A stretch of DNA of 55,455 nt from Perkinsus chesapeaki ATCC PRA-425 (Eukaryota; Protista; Perkinsozoa): assembly GCA_013115145.1 (NCBI GenBank), contig JAAPAO010000193.1, positions 1 to 55,455 on the forward strand, in the 5' to 3' direction. The notes below the pieces were generated by a model. That model was given only the letters and a program-made list of their open reading frames with translations. It made no database searches and was not told the DNA's origin. Positions 11,351-20,985 of the stretch are shown in pieces. A program made the position numbers and the translations under genes. Numbering within the stretch: the stretch's first letter is position 1; each line of letters starts with the position of its first letter.

Positions 11351-13590
11351 TTACTTAGACGCTATTCTCATGACTGAAACGAAGGTTGCGGTTATTATGA
11401 ATGCAGTGATAACCACAAAAAGCCCACACCCCACGTAACGCTGAAAAGGGCTTGGTCTGAATATTTTAAAATAGAACCACATAGGACACAGGTATAACAG
11501 GCCTGAAAGCGAAATATCACGGCCAAAAATGGACTCCATTTAATGGAGTTTTAATTCGCGAGGAAAATTCGGAATTAGATTATCATTCTGAGTGTTATCG
11601 AGGGGAACGGGAAATCTCAGTCAAATATTGCTGAGAGTTTCGTCTGTCCCAGTTAAGAACACATGGAACTCCGAGAAATTTTTTAACTTCGAGCTTTTAA
11701 GTGACTTCGACCAAGTCGAAGGGTGGTAATTTCAGATTTGACAGCTCCATCTAGCTCACCCATGCTGGAGACACAGATAGTTAAAGCATGAAGTCATACT
11801 CGGAAAACGGAGATATCTTACACGTTGTTAGCGCGGCAGAGGCCAGCACTTGGAAATAAGCGAGTTCACTTTTCGCCAGCATTGCAGAAACTGCAATAAC
11901 TGCTACTAGCACAAGTCTGGTGGCCACCCTCCAAGCCTTGGTAGTCGTTAGAGCTCTTGTCCATCGGTGCGAACCCTGAGGTTGCTCAATGACTGTTGTT
12001 GACCCTTCAGAGCGTTGATTATATGGGCAGTTATATTCGCAACGTGGGAAATGCCTATTCGAGATCAAAGTCAATATATACTTACCAGTATTTGGCTGAT
12101 AGCCTTTTCAGTAGCCACCATTACCGCCACCATCTTGACTTGCGCCATAGAAAACATTCTTATCAATACAAAAATATACAAGGAATATGCCAACCACAAT
12201 TGGACACGATTCGGTCCGATACCACCTGCTGTAGACACATCACCCATAGCAATGAAGAGATTCAAAATGCAACTCACTGGTAAGGCTTGCTGGAAAGAAG
12301 TCGCTGCAAGGGCCATCACAAATCTGCATCCCTGCTACGCCCATAATATAAATATAGACCAGTGATATAATTTGACAAGTAGCCAGTATGAGACTGATTC
12401 GTCTGTTAGTTGTACCTGGATGTACGTAGTACTAAAAAGACTCTGAACGCCAGTCGAAGTGTCCACCTTTGACGCAGCCAATGTAAGGAGTCAAGGAAGG
12501 CAGGTCCCCGCAGGACCAGACCGACAAGCTAATAGCTGCAATGATGTGGGCTGCCACTGGCTCACGTGGAGGAATATTCTCAACCAGATGAGAGTCCGGT
12601 AGAATTGCGAATGAAGTGCCTACCTGAAGGAATGATACAATTTCATGGACTCTAATGTGTAGACCTACCCATGAACCCAAAGTCCCTATCGTTCCAAAAA
12701 CTCCTAATGCTCCCATTACAATAGTAACTTGTTTAAGCCGAGGGATCGCAATCGCGAGAATGAGTAGTAGCGAGAAGATAATGATCCAAATGTTAGCTGA
12801 GCAATGAGTGGACATGATATTTTATTAGTGGGCTTTACCGCTCATTGCCGGAGCGATAAGAGTGCCACAGACTCCAATCGCTCCTACAATTGTCGCAATG
12901 CTAGCTAAGTATTGGAAGCTGATGACCTGAAATGGGATGTTCGGGGCTGCTCATTATGAACTAAATAATAAATTTCGTTGGCAATCTTACAAAGAGGACA
13001 AAGATGCGGCCGAACCGACCTCCGCAATACTCAGCTAAGAAAGTGTACTCTCTTTCGAAGTATGGAACACCTTTCTCATCTCCATATGCGCAAACCTGGA
13101 GAGTCATAATACCGTACTATTAATACGGGTCGAGTCTACGATAACCAACTGAATCAAGACTACCAGGGGTCCAGTATCGTCTCGGTAGTTTGAAAAAGAC
13201 GTGAAATTTGAAAAGTTTTGGACCGAAACCAGGCAGGACGTCGATCTCTTGGAATTTATCTCATCGCTTACTTGTTCACTCTGGAGCACGGTCCTGAGGA
13301 CTTCAAGTGAAGTGAATGTTAGCGCCGATGTCAAAGCCGGCGCCACGAAAGATACCCATCCGGAAGTAGTGAACATATACGGGATAGAGATAGCTTGTGA
13401 AATGAGTGCATTACAGCAGGCGAAGAAGAACGCTCTGAAATGAAAACTTTTCGGCGAATGCAGTGCTTACGAAGGAGGGGTACTTCGGGGTTATGCTATG
13501 TGCAATCTGCTCACCAATCTTGCTCGATGGCGAAGATGAGTTACTGTCAGAATTGATACTTATCGAGGAGTCAGTCGTATACAATGACAT
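11351..13590 (-). CDS. Amino-acid transporter (AAAP/Aa_trans family), copy 1; multi-exon
   Basis: MSLYTTDSS... start at 13590. FFACCNALISQAISIPYMFTTSGW resembles the family TM1 GxGxLxxPYxF...GW. Further TM exons at 12432-12815, 12071-12365 and 11781-12074. Last exon GLLYLCPMWFYFKIF...RIASK, TAA at 11351. Confidence 0.8.
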
Positions 13591-13976
13591 TGGCGTGATG
13601 AGATACAACAGCTTGCAAAAACAGATGCCAAGTTCAAGGTGATGGTGGGGCGCGGCTCGCCGTGCACCCGTGTACGCATCGCATACTATGCGGAGCTAAC
13701 CTCTCAATCCTTCCACTAACCTCAAATTTCGTGCTGCATTGGGGACACCTGACTGTGTCCTTGACTTGTCCCGGGTGAAGTGCACTCAAATGTGACCAAA
13801 GATATTGTGGTTCTACCCGACAACTTTTGTTTATGAACTCATAGCAACAATGATGTGCTAGTGGATAATTGGGGACATTACATGTGTGCTGTCGCGCGGA
13901 AAGGCCTTATCCGAAAAGGTGAGTGCTACTCAGTGGGTAGGGAGGAAAGAGTGTACAAAACACCAGTGCATGCTGG

Positions 13977-14018
13977 TGCAGTATTATAAACACCGCAAGG
14001 ATGAGGCATGCCCGAAGG
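13977..14018 (+). repeat. Right arm of the ~42-bp inverted repeat (partner 10928-10969)
   Basis: See left arm; bordered by the small hairpins CACCAG..CTGGTG and TTACAGT-CT-ACTGTAA. Confidence 0.75.
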
Positions 14019-14735
14019 GATATAGATAATCGTTACAGTCTACTGTAAGTACAGTTAGCTTCGCTTACAGGGACATGAAAAAGGGGACAGAATGTATTAT
14101 TTCTGTGAATCATCATTACATAGGAATTCCGGAGATCGAGGTTGAGAAAACCTTGTTTGCAAGTGCAAATGACGGTACAGTTTTAGGTACCAGCGGGGTG
14201 GAAAAAGAATGGTGAGAGTAACTCTTAGCGAGATAGAACTGTACAACTCGACTCGCACATATTCTGTGCCACAGAACCATGCTTTGTGACCGTGAACCGT
14301 CACGACAGGGGAAAGATACGGCGACGTACCAATCGTACGGTCAATGAGGCCCATCAGTTGCTACGTAAGTTATGCGGTACCTGCGTTATCACCGAAGTTT
14401 AGAAGCACGATGCCGTTTTTCTTCTGTTAGAGGAGCAGATTGTAGCGCAACTACTCCATGAACTGTTGCGACACTCTTCGTGTTTGGCACAATAATTGCG
14501 CCACAATGCGCTCCACGTGTCTCCTTGTCTCTTAACAGCTCCTGGCTCTCCTGGGGGAGCGAATCCTGAAACAGTGCGTCCACCCGCAGGCCTGCAATGA
14601 CCCACCAACAGTAGGAAATGAGAGACTTCTAGGAACCAATTCTACTATTGAATAGTAACTATTCTGAAGTATGTTTCCCCTCATGGTTTGCAGAACGTCA
14701 GCAATAGGTGTTGCACATGAAAGCCGCTGTGTGAA

Positions 14736-15104
14736 GGTTCATGATGAACCGTTCATCCCGAGACGTGTTACACCCTGTAGCTTACAGGCTGTAACTTACA
14801 GGGCATCATGCGTAACTTCATAGGCGTCGTAACCCAACCGGCAGCCCGGCAATTGCCGGGCGGCCCAGTAAGGTACCCGCTCTGCCCGGCAAAGTCGGGG
14901 CGGCCCGTGAGAGTCCCCGGCGTTGCCCGGGTGGTGCCTGCGACCCCTCTAGTCGATTGTGTTTACACTGCACTATTACTGACCAGCTGTTAGCCTTACA
15001 GTATTACTGAGTAACTGTTACCCTAGTAGGGTGTACTACAGCCGCTGTAGTAGTCTACGACCCGTAGACTACGAGCTGCCCGAGCAGGGCATTGTGAGAC
15101 TCAC
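14736..15104. other. Short-palindrome-dense tract 2
   Basis: GGTTCAT-G-ATGAACC, CCTGTA-GCT-TACAGG, CTGTAA-C-TTACAG, GCCCGGCAATTGCCGGGC, CAGTA-T-TACTG, GTAAC-T-GTTAC, CCCTA-G-TAGGG, TACTACAGC-C-GCTGTAGTA, AGTCTACG-ACC-CGTAGACT, GTGAG-A-CTCAC. Confidence 0.85.
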
Positions 15105-16604
15105 ACTGTTAGTCCTGCGTTTTGCGGCAAAAGTTTGGCCTTGTAACGCAGCAATTATATACATTTCATAGCGTGTGTCACTCCCGCTATAATGTTCCCA
15201 CCGTAGAAACTCTGCGGCAGAAACATTCTCGCGAAGAATTTTTGTAGGCTGCGGCCGGCCCATGGTAAGAGCGGGTAAGCTCGGCCAGCGGCATGCCGGG
15301 CAGTCGTATGCCCTCGATAATAAGTTAGCTAACTGGCCTCTATCGGCCACTATCTAATCGAAATCGCTAAGGTATTGTCTAAATAATATAACCTCAGATA
15401 GGCGATTAGCTAAGTCACTTCACAACGTAGGTTGTTCAAGTCTGCAACTCCATTGTGACTCACAATTTGTGAGTCTGCTATTTCCGTTCGCAATGCGTCT
15501 ATCCTGCTCTCCTCCGCAATTGCCTCGTTGTGAACTGAGGCGACTGACTAACTTCGGCTCGCACGTGGCTATCCCAACGTATTGACTTCACCATCACGGT
15601 GCTAACGATTGGAATTGGTATCTCAGCAAGTCTTCTTCCCATGGAGCCCTTTTCTACAGACTGGAGTAGTCCGCTCAACACACATAACTCGTGCGGTATG
15701 ACATAAGGTGTCCGGATTACGGCCTCACTATCGAGTCGTTAGTGACTACCAGTGAGTAATCAGCATCGAGGTGACCTAGACTCGACCTTGATAAAGTCGC
15801 TGTTCAACTTGGACGTGGCTCGCAGGCCGATAACCTGTAAGCCAGCGAAGCCTTCTTAACAGCACTCTTACACCCCCACACTAGGGATTCAAAATACGGG
15901 ATTCTAGTCTGTTCCAAGTTCACGCAGCAAGGTTTCCCCTTGGGTGTTCAAGAGCACGGCGTGCGCTGGCGGGCCGCCCAATAGGAGTCAACAGCTATTG
16001 ACTAACGATCCGTCAGTGATGAATCGTACTTGGTGGTTTTCCAGATCCCGGTTCACGAAGCCTGGTTCAGTGCAACTAGTAGGCACATTGTCTCAATATA
16101 TCAACCCATGCAAGTCACTTAAGTACTTGAACGCAACTTGGCAAGGTTCAGTATATGAAAATCTACCTCTCAGAGGCATGGTTTAATGAACTCTAATACA
16201 GCTGCGCTGTAGCAGCTCTAGTGATCAACTATAATCAACCTTAGTATGTCTAATAAAATGACTATTAAGGGTGACCTACCGACGAGAAACGCGTATTTTT
16301 GGCTGAAGCCTCGCTGAAGCCAGCTACGCTTTTATCAAGGCAGTTCCATGGGTACACACGAGAAATTATGATACACGAAAACATTCACCTGTCTTATCTG
16401 CCGTATTGACAGCCACGAGGGGCCAGCCATAGAACAACGAGCGGAAAGCTATCAATGACAAGGTATTGGAACAGCGTGGTCGAACTTCGACCGTCGAAAC
16501 AGCACACACTGCATCATGTACATTGCCAATGGCAATTTGCCATTCTAATGATGGAGTTTTAATAGACCATCACAGCCTTTGATTCAAAGGTAGAACCGTA
16601 GCCA

Positions 16605-18604
16605 CTAATCCAAAATCCCCATCACTGAGACATAAGTAGCCACGATCATAAATGTAGAGGTCAGTGCGATCGATACGTAAATCATATATAATTTGGTGCC
16701 ATGTGGACCAGTGACTCTATAGTAGAACCAGATGGGGCACAAGTAGAGCAAACCTGTTGATGCAAACATGCGATTATGAGCAGCAACCGAGTAGGCCTAC
16801 ACGTTGTTAGTAGAGAAGATGTCACCGCTTGGAAATAGGCAAGTTCGTGTTTGACAAGGGCTGCAGCCACTGCGACGATTGCTACCAGTATGACTCTCAA
16901 GGCCAATCTCCAAGCATTGGAAGCCGCTAGGACTTCTTTTGAGAGCGACAAAACCTAAGGTTCTTAATGATACACTACTAATCTGTGTGGCTAAGATTTT
17001 CACAATCGAAAGAATTGCTTGAAATATTTCTCGCCACAAGAATATGCTGCCCTGGACTATCGACGCTAGTCACGGGATTTAAAAAAAAATAAATTTTCTG
17101 GGTAGGAAAGCCACTAAACTGGATAACCTTCTGTACTCCGTAATGTTACACATGAAAGGTTTGTCCGAAACACGTATGCCTATGCTTACCAGTATTTGGC
17201 TGATAGCCTTTTCAGTAGCCACCATTACCGCCACCATCTTGACTTGCGCCATAGAAAACATTCTTATCAATATAAAAATATACAAGGAATATGCCAAACA
17301 TAATCGGACACGATTCGGTCCGATACCACCTGCTGTAGACACATCACCCATAGCAATTAAGAGATTCAAAATGCAACTCACTGGTAAGGCTTGCTGGATA
17401 GAAGTCGCTGCAAAGGCCATCACAAATCTGCATCCCTGCTACGCCCATAATATAAATATAGAACAGTGATATAACTTGACAAGTAGCCAGTATGAGACTG
17501 ATTCGTCTATTAGTTGTACCTGGATGTACGTAGTACTAAAACGACTCTGAACGCCAGTCGAAGTGTCCACCTTTGACGCAGCCAATGTAAGGAGTCAAGG
17601 AAGGCAGGTCCCCGCAAGACCAGACCGACAAGCTAATAGCTGCAATGATGTGGGCTGCCACTGGCTCACGTGGAGGAATATTCTCAACCAGATGAGAGTC
17701 CGGTAGAATTGCGAATGAAGTGCCTACCTGAAGGAATGATACAATTTCATGGACTCTAATGTATAGACCTACCCATGAACCCAAAGTCCCTATCGTTCCA
17801 AAAACTCCTAATGCTCCCATTACAATAGTAACTTGTTTAAGCCAAGGTATCGCAATCGCGAGAATGAGTAGTAGCGAGAAGATAATGATCCAAATGTTAG
17901 CTGAGCAATGAGTGGACATGATATTTTATTAGTGGAGTTTACCGCTCATTGCCGGAGCGATAAGAGTGCCACAGACTCCAATTGCTCCTACGATTGTCGC
18001 AATGCTGGCCAAGTATTGCAAAAGTATCACCTGTAAGTGTAGGACTTGGGACAACTTCCTCTAGCCTACCATGTGGCGAATCTTACAACCAAAATGAAAT
18101 TGCGGCAGACTCGCCCTCCGCAATACTCAGCTAAAAAGGTGTACTCTCTTTCAAAACTGGGAATGTCTTTTGCATCCCCGTAGGAGCGAACCTGAGGAGA
18201 AACACTACAGATCGAGCTTATGATTACTCCTTGATGAAGGCTGCAAACTTGGTAGTAGCATGGAGATACGCTGGAATCTTCACCTGCTCATTCTGAAGTA
18301 CAATCCTGAGGAGCTCGCTTGAAACTAGAGTTAGCCCCGACGTCACAGCCTGTGCTATGAAGCATACCCATCCCGCAGTAGTAAATATATACGGGGTGGA
18401 GATTGCTTGGGATATGAGCGCATTACAGCAGGCGAAGGCAAAGGCCCTAAAGTGGAATTTGCGACCGTATTGCGTTGACACCTCGAGATTTTACCTGGGG
18501 GTGATGCCATGCTCAATCTGATCGCCAGTCTTCTTCACCGTCGAAGAAGCCGAATCACTCTCAAAATGAACAATTGCGGAAGACTCCTCCGAATACGCGC
18601 ACAT
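16605..18604 (-). CDS. Amino-acid transporter (AAAP/Aa_trans family), copy 2; multi-exon, apparently intact
   Basis: MCAYSEESS... start at 18604; AFACCNALISQAISTPYIFTTAGW; central exons near-identical to copy 1. Last exon GLLYLCPIWFYYRV...VSVMGILD, TAG at 16605-16607. Confidence 0.8.
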
Positions 18605-18784
18605 TAAGGTCGAAAAATACTGCACCACAAATCTTGCTCTCATAGGCCCCATGCCGCATTTTATATGATTGGAGAGTATTTCGTCAGGGGTAGGGACGTT
18701 CTGTCAGTCGTGGAGGGTAGGGACAGGGCGGCGTTGTCACGTCACTACTTGTGACTCACCAATGGTTGTGGTAGGAGGTTCCTG

Positions 18785-19157
18785 TATTCCTTCTACGTGT
18801 ACCGGTTTTTAGCTGTGTGCCTGCTATATTGTATGTAAATCGATTCCGTTCGGCCACATGTAGGTACGAGTCTCTACATCCCCTGCTGCTGTAGTCGGTC
18901 GCAGGCGTGGCGCTTTTAGTGCGAATTAGCTGAGTGCGCACGCGTACGGTGTGAGTCACAAAGAGAAGACTCGCCGTTTTGTCCGTGCTGTTGATGAGGA
19001 GTTAGCTTCACCTACGCTTCATTACTTGTCTTCGAGGTCTCAAGCTATCGTAGCTCGAAGCTACGTATATTGTCCGCCTGCTAAGCACTACTTCGTATAA
19101 AGCCTTTGGGATTGTGTTATCAGAGTCGCCCTTCGTCTACCGATAGTATCAATCGAC
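18785..19157 (+). repeat. ~370-bp dispersed repeat, copy A (possible solo LTR or non-autonomous element)
   Basis: Aligns to the reverse complement of 28975-29340; the shared core GAGGAGTTAGCTTCACCTACGCTTCATTACTTGTCT..GAGGTCTCAAGCTAT is almost identical; roughly 75-80% overall by eye. Confidence 0.7.
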
Positions 19158-19359
19158 GTCTGGATCACGACTCCGCCCACATGGTGTCATCAACCAAGAA
19201 GCTATAATCAGGGTGACATTCTTCATTCCTGCCGCGCAGTGCGCGGCACGAATGCTCACCTCATGAGTGTTGCCGAGACTGTGGATCATCCACTGACTGA
19301 ACAACTCACGAACGATTCCCGGCCCGTGTTTAATCTAATGAGTAGTTTGCTTCAGGGAT

Positions 19360-19647
19360 TCACCGCGAATATGTTATACTTGCTGGCTTAGATAATTTGA
19401 TAATAATATGCAAATCACTGGCCTTGTGAGCGTTCGTACAAGCCCAGTAACTCCGCCTCTTCTCGGCGTTTTGTCCTTCCATACGGTGGGACCGTTTGTA
19501 CGCAAGCAGAGGCTTTTCACCAAACGAAGAAACCCATTTCAACTGTTGGGTGTTAGTGTTAGACATATTTGTTTCAAACTTTGAAACGCTTCGTTGTTTC
19601 GAGATCCAAAAAGATTGGTATTCAAACGAGATAACTACGTACATCAT
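19360..19647 (-). pseudogene. Possible FLYWCH/Mutator-type transposase N-terminal remnant
   Basis: WVSSFGEKPLLAY...KRRSYWACTNAHK resembles the FLYWCH pattern (F..s..g..lL.....yW.C); the downstream frame is broken by stops. Confidence 0.3.
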
Positions 19648-19944
19648 GTACGGTAAATGAATAGTAAAATACTAGTCCACTCCTGCTGCAGGAGTACTGC
19701 ACTTAGATTACAGCAACTGGCTGTTGCTTAGATGTAATAGTTGGCGGTTGCCAGCTGCCCGATAAGTCTGTCGCGCGGCGCGACTCGCGCCAGCAATTCG
19801 TAGAGTATTCGCGTGTATACTTCCTTTACCTTTCGCTAGAGATTTGTGCGACGTGATGACTTGAAGTATTTGAGGCCCTCACAGTGAGGGTGTGACGCGG
19901 CACTATTGTCACAATAGTACTGTGTCAAACTTTGACAGTCAAAG
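19638..19944. other. Short-palindrome-dense tract 3
   Basis: CGTACAT-C-ATGTACG, ACTCCTGC-T-GCAGGAGT, AGCAAC..GTTGCT, GTCGCGC-G-GCGCGAC, CCCTCAC-A-GTGAGGG, ACTATTGT-C-ACAATAGT, TGTCAAA-C-TTTGACA overlapping CTTTGAC-A-GTCAAAG. Confidence 0.85.
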
Positions 19945-20291
19945 ATACCTTCGGACTCCTAAAGTTAGGAGTGCAGCGTGAGGTGCTTCAAGTTGAAGGC
20001 TTCAAGGCTTGAAGCCGGGAACCGTCTTATACGTAGTCGGACTACATATAAGACTCCGGTACTACGGTGGTCCTGACAAGTAGACACCTTATTTCGCCGA
20101 TTATCTTTCTCGCTCGCCCAGAAATGTTTCCGCGTGCAGTTCCGTAAGATTTTCACCGTAAGACTGACCGGGGGAGCTAAGTTTCGTCGTGTGCCAACTA
20201 ACTTAGCTTGTCGAACTCTTACAGTAAGAATAAGTTTTACTTGTGCAACAGTAAACTCAAAATACGGTGGTTACACAATGAAATAAAACTG

Positions 20292-20831
20292 CACCATTTC
20301 AAGATCTAATTAGTAAAAGCCAAGACCAAATTATTAGGAGCCCAGACCAAATTAATACTTTTTCAGATCAATTTAGTAACCTGCTCACCATAATGTCGGT
20401 AAAACCGCCTTTAGTATACGCCGTGTACCATTTCACGCACATGTGCATCACGTTCGGCAAATGGGTTGCAAACTGCAACCTATTTGGTCTGACCAACTTC
20501 GCCGATTGTGAGGCATGATTTGTGATCATCCTGATACTTTCGAAGGGGTAAGATGAGGTTACTGAGGCGATGATGTAGGTTGGTAACTCACATGGGTAGT
20601 GAAGAGAAACAATAACTGACGCAAACGATGCCAGAGGAGGCGTATGAATCATTCACCGCAGAATGGACTCTCTGATGGTGCTTTGAGCTTCCGTTCAATC
20701 TGGACACGAAATTGGTCTGGGCTTTTACTAATTTGTTCTGGGTTATATTAACTTGTTCTGGGCATTTACTAATTTGTTCTGGGCTATATTAATTTGGTCT
20801 TGGCTCTTACTAATTAGATCTTGAAATGGTG
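20292..20831. mobile_element. Non-autonomous TIR element (MITE/foldback-like), ~540 bp, with tandem subterminal repeats
   Basis: Left end CACCATTTCAAGATCTAATTAGTAAAAGCCAAGACCAAATT; right end is its reverse complement (..TTGGTCTTGGCTCTTACTAATTAGATCTTGAAATGGTG). Arms carry 2-5 copies of a ~20-bp AGCCCAGAACAAATTA-type unit. Flanks are TG (left) and TA (right). Confidence 0.8.
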
Positions 20832-20985
20832 TAGTTCATATTCGTGCAAGACAGAACAGCTACTATAGTGGGCCGAAGCCCAGCATTATTTCCGCATGAT
20901 CTCCTCTAGTGGGCACGGCTCACATTGGACCCGAAAAGCGTCAATGAGTCGTAATAACTATCATCCCGGCAAGTGTTTTCTTCAA

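Noticed and set aside
12015-12365. Hydrophobic plus-strand ORF (and its twin at 17143-17469)
   Set aside because: Antisense shadow of the minus-strand transporter exons, which have proper splice sites and family motifs.
14097-14354. Kinase-like IGTSPYLSP in a minus ORF
   Set aside because: No HRD, DFG or VAIK motifs in any nearby frame.
15069-15350. Possible retrotransposon gag N-terminus (ENVSAAEFLRWEHY)
   Set aside because: Resemblance too vague; no protease, RT or integrase motifs nearby.
16595-16604. ACCGTAGCCA, matching the 5' end of the Perkinsus spliced leader
   Set aside because: Only 10 nt match and the rest diverges; not an SL gene or a convincing relic.
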